From contig NW_026943822.1 in NCBI RefSeq assembly GCF_035594765.1, forward strand, positions 21,475,769 to 21,539,768: a stretch of DNA of 64,000 bases, read 5' to 3'. This DNA is from Anolis carolinensis. Its lineage: Eukaryota. Below, piece by piece: positions 25,157 through 44,583 of the stretch. The notes under the pieces are model-generated. The model was not told the DNA's origin, did not search any database, and was given only the letters and a program-made list of their open reading frames with translations. Both the position numbers and the translations under genes were made by a program. Position 1 is the stretch's first letter. Each line of letters begins with the position of its first letter.

Positions 25157-26002
25157 CTATTATTCTATTATTGTAGCATATTATTATATTACTAGCTGTG
25201 CCCGGCCACACGTTGCTGTGGCGAAGTATGGTGGTATGGGAAATAAAGTATTGAGGAATTGGTGGTAGTTAAGGTAAAGGGTCCCCTGGGCTGAGTGGGT
25301 TGCTAGGAGACCAAGTGAGAGGAGCTTAGCCTTCTAACTGGCAGCAATTGTATAAAAGCAATTATTCCTCTCTCTCTAATTAGGACTTCATTTTTCTTTT
25401 CTTTTTGTTGTATCAACCTAGAGGTATGAATGAGGGGTTGTGTTGTCAATTTTCGAGGTTGTGGGGTGTTTACTTTTGTTGTTTTGTCCACTGCCGTGAT
25501 GCCATCACTCTTTTATATATATAGATTACTATTATATTATTATATTATTCATTGCTCATGACTACATTGAAACTACAATAGAGAGAAATCAGCGTGGAAA
25601 CTGCAAGAGGTACCATAGATTGTTGTACATGGAAATAATGGTAGTAAATAGTTTTTGATTTATTAAATACAGTTATATATTACAATTATATATTTTTGTT
25701 AGTTAAACTATATATATTGTGAAATTATGTTTTTTTTTTCCTCTCAAAGTGACACACCACCCAAGTCATGCTAGGTTTTTTTGGTGAATTTTGACACACC
25801 AAGTGCAAAAGGTTGCCCATCATTGACCTAGGAGAGTAACTTTTATAAAAATTCAGAATTAATAAGTGTCTTGCTTTTTGCAGATATGGTTCACACTCCT
25901 GGCATGTTGGTGGGATTCGTCTTGATGGCCGTGGCCACCATCCTGGCTCTCGCCACGGTCGGGATGCTCTGCGCTCGGAAGAGGCGATCCGGGACGTCTT
26001 GA
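18559..26002 (+). CDS. ZP3: Zona pellucida sperm-binding protein 3 (ZP3/ZPC)
   Basis: Nine in-phase exons: 18559-18945, 20276-20394 (GC donor), 21196-21299, 21464-21641, 22338-22455, 22844-22935, 23047-23195, 24328-24450, 25884-26002 (TGA). Signal peptide, ZP-N ([24 protein letters not shown]), ZP-C ([28 protein letters not shown]), basic cleavage site RRSAR, EHP ([10 protein letters not shown]), TM helix and basic tail. AATAAA at 26038. Confidence 0.95.
19002..19266 (+). mobile_element. Two short CR1 3'-end fragments
   Basis: GAGGCTGGA..GCCATCT..GGTCTCTTCCAACTCT matches 59100-59210. Confidence 0.7.
19821..20001 (-). mobile_element. Short R4/Dong-like 3' fragment
   Basis: Matches the ORF end and 3' UTR of the other copies; sits in (TTA)n. 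Confidence 0.8.
21743..22183 (+). mobile_element. Solo LTR (family A)
   Basis: TG...CA, TSD CAAAA, inserted in a MITE. Confidence 0.8.
22524..22823 (-). mobile_element. Solo LTR (family A), internally deleted
   Basis: Reverse complement of family A; TSD TCCTT/TTCTT. Confidence 0.72.
23290..24078 (+). mobile_element. Probable solo LTR (family B) in ZP3 intron 7
   Basis: TGTT...AACA, TSD CCTAC/CCTTC, AATAAA 23981, relict acidic ORF ending RRSVRIANR. Confidence 0.62.
24581..25825. mobile_element. Non-autonomous hAT element with nested MITE (24760-25082) and Helitron
   Basis: TIRs CAGTGATGGCCAACC / GGTTGCCCATCATTG; perfect 8-bp TSD ACCTAGGA. Confidence 0.85.
25192..25525 (-). mobile_element. 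Non-autonomous Helitron (nested in hAT element)
   Basis: TC/CTAG termini at an AT site, hairpin. Confidence 0.8.
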
Positions 26003-26429
26003 GAAGCTATGTGAAATAGACATCTTGGAGACTGCAAAATAAAGAATAATAATAAATTAAATAAATGAATACAATTATTTGGCTGGTTTCCTTCACTGCG
26101 GAAAACATGCTCTGGGTGGCCCATTGTTCCGGATCTTTGCTCTCAAAGGAACTACACTTTTTGTACATCTACATTGTTGGATTAATGCAGTTTTTATACC
26201 ACGTGAACTCAATACTATGGAGCAAAACGTCAGGAGAGAATGCCTCTGGAACATAGCCAGACAGCCCGGAAAACACACAACAACCCTGTGATCCCGGCCA
26301 TGAAAGCCTTCGACAACACATATCCTATTATGCTTATATTATTGATTGTTTATATAATTTTAATACGTTGTAAGTTGCTTTGGGTCCCGTGAGGGAGAAA
26401 AGCGGGATATAAAGATGTATTATTAGTAT

Positions 26430-27162
26430 TATTAGAAACAAGATATTATTATTAGAAACACAAGATATTATTATTATTAGAAACACAAGATATTATTATT
26501 ACAAACAAGATATTATTATTAGAAACATATTATTAGAAACATTAGAAACACAATATATTATTATTAGAAACACAAGGTATTAGAAACACAAGATATTAAT
26601 ATTATTACAAACACAAGATATAATTATTAGAAACACAAGATATAATTATTAGAAACATATTATTAGAAACATTAGAAACACAATATATTATTATTAGAAA
26701 CACAAGGTATTAGAAACACAAGATATCATTATTAGAAACACAAGATATCATTATTAGAAACACAAGATATCATTATTAGAAACACAAGATATTATTAGAA
26801 ACACAAGATATCATTATTAGAAACACAAGATATCATTACAAACACAAGATATCATTACAAACACAAGATATCATTACAAACACAAGATATCATTACAAAC
26901 ACAAGATATCATTACAAACACAAGATATCATTACAAACACAAGATATCATTACAAACACAAGATATCATTACAAACACAAGATATCATTACAAACACAAG
27001 ATATTAATATTATTACAAACACAAGATATTAATATTATTACAAACACAAGATATTAATATTACAAACACAAGATATTAATATTACAAACAAGATATTAAT
27101 ATTACAAACACAAGATATTATTTATTAGAAACGATATTATTAGAAACATTAGAAACACAATA

Positions 27163-27194
<32 letters not shown>

Positions 27195-27300
27195 GAAATA
27201 CAAGGTATTATTAGAAACACAAGATATTAATATTAAAAACACAAGATATTAATATTATTAAAAACACAAGATATTAATATTATTAGAAACACAAGATATT
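26430..27300. repeat. Minisatellite ATTA(G/C)AAACACAAGAT
   Basis: About 40 short variable units. Confidence 0.9.
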
Positions 27301-27634
27301 ATTATTTATTATTATATTATTTATTGCTCCCATGATTCCATTGTGTTGATCCATAGCAGTTAAAGTGATGGTAGACTGTATTCATTACACAATATAGACT
27401 TGTATTGCATCCTTTAAGACCCAAAAAAGGAACAATTAAAGTCATCAAAAATGAAAGTGAATGGGCAGCAGAAGGAGGAATCAAAATGAGACTGGAATCT
27501 AAATAGTTAACTCTGAGCTTTCAAGAGGTCAGCTGGTGCATTGAAGCTTTGCAATGATTGGCTAAAATAAAAAACAAGTCAGCTGATTCAATTTTTGCAG
27601 AACAGAGAAGACTGCCATCAGAAGCAAGAAAACC

Positions 27635-33982
<6,348 letters not shown>

Positions 33983-34385
33983 AAAACCATCAGGAAGGAA
34001 TAAAATTGTGTTTGGAATATATTTTTATTTCGTCTCCGATTCGTGACCCATCCCTGCATTTTCTTCTTCTTCTGTATCACCGTCGGTTTCTGTTCCATTT
34101 CAATTAAAACTCTCCTTGTCTCTGGTAATGGAGTTTGTGATATTTTTTTTTCCCCAAAAAAGACCAACTATTGGATTGACGTCTCCTTTCTTTCTTACCC
34201 TTTGGAATTGGGACTCATAGTACCTGCCTTACCTGGGCTGGATCTACACTGCCATATCATTGTATATGAGACAATAAATCAGTTATATATTTTTATATTT
34301 TATACATTTAATCTCCATGCGCACTCACCACCCATGGGATGTTTATTTATTCATCCTTACTAATAATAATAATAATAATAATAAT

Positions 34386-34593
34386 GTTGTCGAAGGCTTT
34401 CATGGCCGGGATCACAGGGTTGTTGTATGTCTTTCGGGCTGTGTGGCCATGTTCCAGAAGCATTCTCTCCTGACGTTTCGCCCACATCTATGGCAGGCAT
34501 CCTCAGAGGATGCCTGCCATAGATGTGGGCGAAACGTCAGGAGAGAATGCTTCTGGAACATGGCCACACAGCCCGAAAGACATACAACAACCC

Positions 34594-34658
<65 letters not shown>

Positions 34659-34860
34659 TTAATAATTGAGTTGTCGAAGGCTTTCATGGCCGGGATCACA
34701 GGGTTGTTGTATGTCTTTCGGGCTGTGTGGCCAATGCATTCTCTCCTGACGTTTCGCCCACATCTACCTCACAACCTCTGAGGATGCCTGCCATAGATGT
34801 GGGCGAAACGTCAGGAGAGAATGCTTCTGGAACATGGCCACACAGCCCGAAAGACATACA
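34386..34860. mobile_element. Two palindromic Penelope-like fragments separated by (TAA)n
   Basis: 34409-34593 is a near-perfect palindrome; second at 34670-34860. Confidence 0.75.
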
Positions 34861-35026
34861 TTAATAATTGACCTCCAAAATGCATATATATTCTTTTAGT
34901 ATTGGAGCACTTTCTATCATTATTTTATAACTTTTACTAATAGAAGTCCTTTTGCAAAGTTTTAAAGTTTGTGAACTGCTTTGAATCTCAAAGGCTCCTT
35001 TAAGAGGCTGCCTATGTTGTAGGGAA

Positions 35027-35185
35027 ACTACAGTTCCCAGCATGCTCTGCGACGCCTCTTGCCCAATGGCAGAGTGAGTTTCCTTTGCAAGGTTTGCTTT
35101 GCTGCAGGAAAAGCTTGAATTGTTCCTGCTTTGATTATACAACAAGCAGCCTTTGGTTATGCAAAAGCAGCACCTCGTGGCTCAG
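35027..35185 (+). promoter_or_regulatory. Probable NEIL1 promoter and non-coding exon 1
   Basis: ACTACAGTTCCCAGCATGC motif, CCAAT, then strong donor CAG|GTGAGT at 35185. Confidence 0.55.
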
Positions 35186-35254
35186 GTGAGTTCACTCCAA
35201 TCAATATTAAATCATATTGAAAAAATAAAATATTAATAAATTAATCAATACATA

Positions 35255-36148
35255 TGTGTTGTCGAAGGCTTTCATGGCCGGGATCACAGGGTTGTTGTAT
35301 GTCTTTCGGGCTGTCTGGCCATGTTCCAGAAGCATTCTCTCCTGACGTTTCGCCCACATCTATGGCAGGCATCCTCAGAGGTTGTGAGGTATGGAGAAAA
35401 CTAAGCAAAGAGGTTAATATATATCTGTGGAAAGTCTAGGGTGAGAGAGGTCAGTGTGAATGTTGTGTAGTTAATCACTTTAATTAGCATTGAAAAGCTT
35501 ATCTGCTGTCTTCTTCCTGCCTCTGGGGCATCCTTTGTTTAGAGTCGTTAACTGCCCTTGGTTGATTCATGTCTGGAAATCCTCTGTTTTCAGAGTATTG
35601 CTTTTTATTTACTGTTCTGATTTTTGAGTTTTTTAATACTGGTAGTATACAGAATACTATTTGAGAACACAAAAATGCTGGACCATTCTAACAACTATCA
35701 TGTCAGACTACACAGAGAAGCCATTGAAACCCACAAGCATGTGGACAACTTCAACAGAAAGGAAAAAACCATGAAAATGAACAAAATCTGGCTACCAGTA
35801 TTAAAAAACTCAAGAATCAGAACAGTAAATAAAAAGCAATACTCTGAAAACAGAGGATTTCCAGACATGAATCAACCAAGGGCAGTTAACGACTCTAAAC
35901 AAAGGATGCCCCAGAGGCAGGAAGAAGACAGCAGATAAGCTTTTCAATGCTAATTAAAGTGATTAACTACACAACATTCACACTGACCTCTCTCACCCTA
36001 GACTTTCCACAGATATATATTAACCTCTTTGCTTAGTTTTCTCCATACCTCACAACCTCTGAGGATGCCTGCCATAGATGTGGGCGAAACGTCAGGAGAG
36101 AATGCTTCTGGAGCATGGCCACACAGCCCGAAAGATATACAACAACCC
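35255..36148 (+). mobile_element. Penelope-like element: GIY-YIG ORF end between inverted terminal repeats
   Basis: ILFENTKMLDH..YHVRLHREAIETHKH..NFNR..WLPVLK is a typical PLE GIY-YIG C-terminus; ~355-bp inverted arms. Confidence 0.85.
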
Positions 36149-36519
36149 AATCACTACATAAATAGGGAGTTTAGTTTCCTCCTGCAAAAGCAAACCTCTG
36201 AGGATGTGCAAAGTTTCTTCTTCTCTCCGGCTTTACTCTCTCTCTGTTTTGTGCTATTGTGTATTAAGGGGCAGCTTTTAAATAATAATACAAATAATAA
36301 TTATAAAACCTTAGTTATATACTGTCCTATCTTCTCAAGGGACTCAGGGTGGTTTCCAACATGATAAAAACAAAACAGTACAATACGCGCGATAAAAACA
36401 GAACTATACAACAATTTAAAAATAATACAAGTAATCAAAATAAACACACAACATATGATCCAAACAATGAAAAATAAAACTAGTAACAATACTCCATAAT
36501 ATTATAATAGTATCATAAT

Positions 36520-36883
36520 AATAGAGCTTTTGAATAGCCCATAATATTAAAATTATGTCATAATAATAGAGCTTGTGTATCCATAGATTTAATAATAATA
36601 ATTTGAATATCCCATAATAATAATAATAATAAATCTCGTTTGCTGTGTCATACTATGTCTTTTTGTCAATAATAATAATAATAGAGCTTGAGTATCCACA
36701 GATTTAATAATAATGATTTAATAATAATAATAATAGAGTTTTTGAATATCCCATAATAATAATAAATTTCTTTTGCTGTGTCATACTATGTCTTTATGTC
36801 AATAATAATAATAATAATAGAGCTTGAGTATCCTCAGATTTAATAATAATAATAATAATAATAATAGAGTTTTTGAATATCCC

Positions 36884-36922
<39 letters not shown>

Positions 36923-37174
36923 CTCATTTGCTGTGTCATACTATGTCTTTGTGTCAATAATAATAATAATAGAGCTTGAGTATCCACAGATTTAATAATA
37001 ATGATTTAATAATAATAATAATAGAGTTTTTGAATATCCCATAATAATAATAATAATAATAAATTTCTTTTGCTGTGTCATACTATGTCTTTGTGTCAAT
37101 AATAATAATAATAGAGCTTGAGTATCCACAGATTTAATAATAATAATAATAATAATAGAGTTTTTGAATATCCC

Positions 37175-37216
<42 letters not shown>

Positions 37217-37375
37217 CTCGTTTGCTGTGTCATACTATGTCTTTTTGTCAATAATAATAATAATAATAATAAAACTATAATAATAATAGTATAGTAAAAC
37301 TAATAATAATAGTAAAACTATAATAATAGTAAAACTATAATAATAATAGTATAGAGCTTGAGTAGCCACAGATTT
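36520..37375. repeat. Composite array of R4 3' ends and (TAA)n
   Basis: TTTGCTGTGTCATACTATGTCTTTGTGTC alternating with AGAGCTTGAGTATCCACAGATTT and AGAGTTTTTGAATATCCC. Confidence 0.85.
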
Positions 37376-37998
37376 TGGATCCTGGAACCAAACATCAGCG
37401 GATAGATATAGATAATAACACTATCTATTATTTTCCATTCCTATTGAGTTGCATTGCTGGGGAGGGAAAGGTAGTATAGTTTGCACAACAAATAAATAAT
37501 ACTACATTATGTCTGCCATCCATTACACTATATATATAACACATTACACTATGTAACACAAAGAGGTGGGATATAAATATCATTTCCTAATTGTTTCTAT
37601 GATAAAAACATGGAAAAAGCTTATTAAAACTGCGAAAAATTTGTTTATACGGAACGTCCTGCAGCACATTTTGCGATCGTTTTTCAATGAATATCCCATC
37701 GAGTCTCAACCAATTCAACTTAGTTTCTGGCAGCCACAAAAACAAAGTTTCTGGAGTAGAACAACTACTTTCAAAGACAGTATGGCACAATTAAACAGGA
37801 AATAACACTTTCAAACCAGGAAAATGTTTTGTTTTTTTTTTCTTCAAATTTTGTTACATAATGTTATAGTCAGGATTGCCTTCTCCATGCTGGTACATGA
37901 CCCAAATTTATTTATTTATTTATTTATTTGCGACATTTATATTCCACCCTTCTCACCCCAAAGGGGACTCAGGGCGGCTTACAAGTTATATTATATTA

Positions 37999-38341
37999 CT
38001 AGTTGTGCCTGGCCACGCGTTGCTGTGGCGTTGTCTAGTGCTGTCTGTATTTTATAGGCAGTGTGGAAGAGGCCTAAGTGAGGCCTAACTCTGCCTGTCC
38101 CCTGGGCTGAGTGGGTTGCTAGGAGACCAAGTGGGCAGAGCTTAGCCTTCTAACTGGCAGCAATTGGATAAAAACAATTATTCCTCTCCCTCTAATTAGG
38201 ACTTTATTTTTCTTTTCTTTTTGTTGTATCAACCTAGAGGCGTGGATGAGGGGTTGTGCTGCCAATTTTCGAGGTTGTGGGGTGTTTAGTTTTGTTGTTT
38301 TGTCGGTCGCCAGGATTCCACCACTGTTTTATATCTATAGA
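37999..38341 (-). mobile_element. Non-autonomous Helitron
   Basis: TC/CTAG termini, hairpin; ends 77 nt before the NEIL1 acceptor. Confidence 0.8.
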
Positions 38342-38420
38342 TTAGTATAGCATAATATTAGTATTATTAATGCTAATAAATTGATTTATTAACAAATCAA
38401 TGCGTCCTTGGTTTCTAGCT

Positions 38421-41400
38421 ATGCCGGAGGGTCCAGAGCTGTTCCTAACCAGCAGGTACATCAACGCGGTGTGCAGAGGACTGGTTTTTGCTGGGAAAGT
38501 GGAGAAGTCGGAGGTGAGCAAGAACCCGGCCGTGCCCTTTGAGAGCGATGGGTATGTGGTCTCCTCCACGTCTCGGGGGAAAGAGCTGAAGCTGACCCTC
38601 GCCCCGGTCAAGCGGGAAAAGGGCCACTCTCCCTCCGGAGACGGGATCCGTCCAAACCGAGACCCGAAAGCCATGGACGTCGTCTTCCGTTTCGGGATGT
38701 CCGGCGGCTTCAAACTGGTCCCGGTCGCCGAGATGCCCAAGCACGCCCACTTGCGCTTTTACTCGAAAGAGAAACCGGTCCGAGTCCTTTGCTACGTCGA
38801 CGTCCGGCGCTTCGGCCGATGGGAGGTGGACGGCGACTGGCAGGCGGAGCGAGGCCCCTGCGTGATGCTGGAGTATCAGAAGTTCAGGTGATAGATAAAG
38901 ATAGAAACAAGGAGATCTTATTTAATTACCTAATCACCGCAGCTAGAATGAACTTGGCGAAACTTTGGAAGGATAAGGAGATGCCGGGGATAAAAGGATG
39001 GATAAATAAAGTCTGGGAGATTATGAATATGGACAAATTAACATATTTACTACGAAATAATCATGGCAAACCAATGAAACAGACAAATTGGGAAACGGTC
39101 AAAAACTATCTGAGGGAAGAAAAATATAATGTGATTATTTAGAATAGAGAGTAAGACAATAAATATAAAATACCGAGTTAGGTGTTTTAAGATGAAACAA
39201 TAAAGTAGAGACACTAGAAAAAATGGTCCGAAGGACTACAACATGGTTTAGAATTAACTAAGAATTTCACTAGATACTGTGCAAAGATGGAAGTCTATGC
39301 TATTTTTAGTCGGTGCGGTGGTTGGATTTTCCTGTGTTTGTTTTGAGTTTATCTATTATTACTCTGTTATTATTCCAATTCCCCATTTCCCCCTCACTGT
39401 CTCGTGTTTATGTATTTTCGTTTTTTCTGCGTACTTTTTTTTTCTTTTTTTCCTGTCTTTCTTTTATTACTTTGATTGTTAAAAACTCCAATAAAAATTA
39501 AGTTGAAAAAAAAAAGAAGTTCAGGTGAGTTGCAATGCTAGGCTAGATCAATAGGAATCCAGGCCGTCCCTGAGTTACAAACATCTGACTTACGAATGAC
39601 TCCTAGTTAAGAACAGGGCTGGACTAGATGGCCTTCAGGGGTCCCTTCCAAACCTATGATACTATACCTATCTTGCATATATCTGTATCTATATCTATGT
39701 ATATACACACACATAAATAAGAATAATAATAATCGCAGTGATGTTGACCGGCTATATCTGCCTAGAAGATCAGGGGGCAGAGGACTCTTACAAGTAAAAC
39801 AAGCAGTCAAAGAAGAAGAACATGCTCTGGCAGAATATGTCAAGCAAAGTGAAGAACCTGCTTTGATTGAAGTCAAAAATCAGAAACTCCTCAAAACACA
39901 GCAGACAAAAAAAACTAGTACAAGAAAACCGCACTACAAACTAGAGCTGACAGCTGGCACAACAAAACATTGCATGGAAAGTTTCTTGACAAAATTGAAG
40001 GAAAAGCTGACAAGGAGAAGACCTGGCTCTGGCTCACGAATGGGACCCTGAAGAAGGAGACAGAAGGCCTGATCCTTGCAGCCCAGGAGCAAGACATCAG
40101 GACAAAGGCAATTAAGGCCAAGATCGAAAAATCATCTGATGACCCAAAATGCAGACTTTGCAAGGAAACCGACAAAACCATTGATCATATCCTCAGCTGC
40201 TGTAAGAAAATCGCACAGACAGACTACAAACAGAGGCACAACTATGTGGCCCAAATGATTCATTGGAACGTATGCCTCAAGTACCACCTCCCAGCAGCAA
40301 AGAACTGGTGGGATCACAAACCTGCAAAAGTATTGGAAAATGAGCACGCAAAGATACGGTGGGACTTCCGAATCCAGACTGACAAAGTTCTGGAACACAA
40401 CACACCAGACATCTCAGTTGTGGAAAAGAACAAGGTTTGGATCATTGATGTTGCCATCCCAGGTGACAGTCGCATTGACGAAAAACAACAGGAAAAACTC
40501 AGCCGCTATCAGGACCTCAAGATTGAACTTCAAAGACTCTGGCAGAAACCAGTGCAGGTGGTCCCGGTGGTGATGGGCACACTGGGTGCTGTGCCAAAAG
40601 ATCTCAGCCGGCATTTGGAAACAATAGACATTGACAAAATCACGATCTGCCAACTGCAAAAGGCCACCCTACTGGGATCTGCGCGCATCATCAGAAAATA
40701 CATCACACAGTCCTAGACACTTGGGAAGTGTTCGACTTGTGGTTTTGTGAAATGAAATCCAGCATATCTATCTTGTTTGCTGTGACATAATAAAATAATA
40801 ATAATAAATAATTTTGGTAGCCGTCTTGATCCGTTTCAGGGAGAATGTGCTGAGGAACCTCTCCGACAAAGCCTTTGAGAAGCCCATCTGCGAAGCTCTG
40901 CTGAATCAGAAATATTTCAACGGCATCGGCAACTATCTCCGGGCAGAAATCCTCCACCGGTGAGTCAATATTTGACCACGTTTCGAAAGTCAGAATCGCC
41001 TGGGTTGCTTTTGGAAACGTTGCTGTCCGATACCAAAGGCTCTTCATTTAGTGAAATAGTCACAGAAAAAACCAAACAAGGTTCCCAATGTTTCAGAAAA
41101 CCTTCTGCCAGGTTTTTAAGCAACTTATATATTTTTATGTTGTTTTATGCTGTTTTATACAATATTGTTATTGTATATACTCAAGTATAAGCCAACCCGA
41201 ATATAAGCCGAGGCACCTAATTTTACCACAAAAAAACTGAGAAAACATTGACTCCAATATAAGCCGAGGGTGGTAAATTTCAGAAATAAAAACAGATACC
41301 AATAAAATTACATTAATTGAGGCATCCGTAGGTTAAATGTTTTTGAATATTTACATCAAGCTCAAATTTAAGATAAGACTGTCCAACTCTGATCAAATCA

Positions 41401-42003
41401 TGATTCTCATCTTCTTCAGTGTAAATGTGCTTATGTATCCTTTTAATAATAATAGAGTAAAATAATACATGTAATAATAATAAATACAGGAAAATAATAC
41501 ATGTAATAATAAATAGAGTAAAATAATAAATGCAATAATAATAATAACAAAATCAAAGTGAAGTAATAAATGTATTATTATTAATAATAAAAATAGAGTA
41601 AAAGAAATGTAATAGTAGCAAGAATAATAGAGAAAAATAATAAATGTAATAATACCAATAATAATAGAGAAAAATGATAAATGTAATAATACCAGTAATA
41701 ATAGAGAAAAATAATAAATGTAATAATACCAATAATAATAGAGACAAATAATAAATGTACCATATATTCTCGAGTATAAGCTGACCCAAATATAAGCCAA
41801 CCAGGACCCTCGCCTGAGTATAAGCCGAGGGGGGCTTTTTCAGTCTTAAAAAAAGGGCTGAAAAACTAGGCTTATACTCGAGTACATACAGTATATTGTT
41901 TTTAATTTCATGGATTGTTTTAACTTACGTCGATGTTGGGCTCGTGCCCATGTTGGCCACCCCAAGTCCCTTTGGGGAGACGGAGGCGGGATACAAAAAT
42001 AAA

Positions 42004-42055
<52 letters not shown>

Positions 42056-42644
42056 CCTTTAGCACTTCCTTACTTGTGACTTATTTGTAGGTTGAAGATC
42101 CCTCCCTTTGAAAAAGCTCGGACCGTTCTGGAGGAGCTGCAGCATCAGGAAAAGGTGAGAAAAGATATTAAAAAGGTGAGAGTTGAACAGGACAGAGACA
42201 TAACCAAAAAGAGTTGGCGCACCACCAAAGTACAACTCCCATGATCCCAAAACATAGAGCCATGGCAGTTCAAAGTGCATTTACTTCTGGTGTTCATTGT
42301 TATTGTCCACATTCAATTTCAGGCTCTTTTTCCAATGTTTACATATTTATTTCATGCATCATTATGCACACAGTCTATGAAAATGTGCATATTCTTTGCA
42401 AATACCTCTAATATCCTAGGCTCTTGGGAAGAACCCGATATTTAAAGAAGAATCCAGACACTTGGACCTAATGTGCATGTGTGCTGTAATGTTATGTATA
42501 TGTAATCAATATAATAATAATAATAATAATAATAATAACCCTAATAATACATCACACAGTCCTAGACAATTGGGAAGTGTTCGACTTGTGATTTTGTGAA
42601 ACGAAATCCAGCATATCAATCTTGTTTGTTGTGTCATACAATAA

Positions 42645-42694
<50 letters not shown>

Positions 42695-43434
42695 CCCAAG
42701 TGTCCTAAACACTTGGAAAGTGTTCGACTTGTGATTTTGTGATACGAAATCCATCATATATATCTCGTTTGCTGTGTCTTTGTGTCAATAATAATAATAA
42801 TAATATTGCGACTTATGATTTTGTGATACGAAATCCATCATATATATCTCGTTTGCTGTGTCTTTGTGTCAATAATAATAATAATAATATTGCGACTTGT
42901 GATTTTGTGATATGAAATCCAGCATATATCTCATTTGCTGTGTCTTTGTGTCAATAATAATAATAATAATATTGCAACTTGTGATTTTGTGATACTAAAT
43001 CCAGCATATATCTCATTTGCTGTGTCTTTGTGTCAATAATAATAATAATATTGCAACTTGTGATTTTGTGATACGAAATCCAGCATATATCTCATTTGCT
43101 GTGTCTTTGTGTCAATAATAATAATAATATTGCAACTTGTGATTTTGTGATACGAAATCCAGCATATATCTCATTTGCTGTGTCTTTGTGTCAATAATAA
43201 TAATAATATTGCAACTTGTGATTTTGTGATACGAAATCCAGCATATATCTCATTTGCTGTGTCTTTGTGTCAATAATAATAATAATAATATTGCAACTTG
43301 TGATTTTGTGATACTAAATCCAGCATATATCTCATTTGCTGTGTCTTTGTGTCAATAATAATAATAATATTGCAACTTGTGATTTTGTGATACGAAATCC
43401 AGCATATATATCTCATTTGCTGTGTCTTTGTGTC

Positions 43435-43474
<40 letters not shown>

Positions 43475-43700
43475 TTGCAACTTGTGATTTTGTGATACGA
43501 AATCCAGCATATATCTCATTTGCTGTGTCTTTGTGTCAATAATAATAATAATAATATTGCAACTTGTGATTTTGTGATACTAAATCCAGCATATATCTCA
43601 TTTGCTGTGTCTTTGTGTCAATAATAATAATAATATTGCAACTTGTGATTTTGTGATACGAAATCCAGCATATATATCTCATTTGCTGTGTCTTTGTGTC

Positions 43701-43737
<37 letters not shown>

Positions 43738-44051
43738 TTGCAACTTGTGATTTTGTGATACGAAATCCGGCATATATCTCATTTGCTGTGTCTTTGTGTC
43801 AATAATAATAATATTGCGACTTGTGATTTTGTGATGCGAAATCCAGCATATATCTCATTTGCTGTGTCTTTGTGTCAATAATAATAATAATAATAATATT
43901 GCGACTTGTGATTTTGTGATACGAAATCCATCATATATATCTCGTTTGCTGTGTCTTTGTGTCAATAATAATAATATTGCGACTTGTGATTTTGTGATAC
44001 GAAATCCAGCATATATATCTCATTTGCTGTGTCATACTAGGCCTTTGCGTC

Positions 44052-44087
<36 letters not shown>

Positions 44088-44547
44088 TTTCTCTCCATCT
44101 TGTAGGCTTCTGACCTAACACTGAGCAAGAAGGTGAAGCTGAAACGGGAGAACCCGGACTTGTTGGAGCTCTGCCACATCGTGCCAATGGAGGTCATTAA
44201 TTTGGGTGAGAACTACAAATCCCTTTCCATTATAGGCCTATTATTCCCCTTTAATATCCATGAGGTCCAGAATTGATCCAGTTTGATACCATTTTAGCTG
44301 CTAAGGAATGGTGTGAGTTGTAATTTGTTGAGGCACCAGCCTTCTTTGGGCAGAGAAAAGCAAAAGACCTTGTAAAACTACAACTCTAATGTTGAGACAT
44401 GGAAGTTCAAGTAGCGACAGACTTTGATTTTTAACGTCTTTTAAATTTATTTGTGTGTTTGTATTTGATATTATTGTATGTTGGTTTTATATCTGTAAGC
44501 CGCCCCGAGTCCCTCTGGGGAGATGGTGGCGGGGTACAAAAAATAAA

Positions 44548-44583
<36 letters not shown>

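Noticed and set aside
38789-39142. ORF as an extension of NEIL1
   Set aside because: Different frame from NEIL1; it is the L1 ORF2 tail.
42695-44087. CRISPR-like repeat-spacer appearance (also 10135-10548 and 26430-27300)
   Set aside because: Spacers are only (TAA)n or variants of the unit, there are no cas genes, and the context is vertebrate intron.
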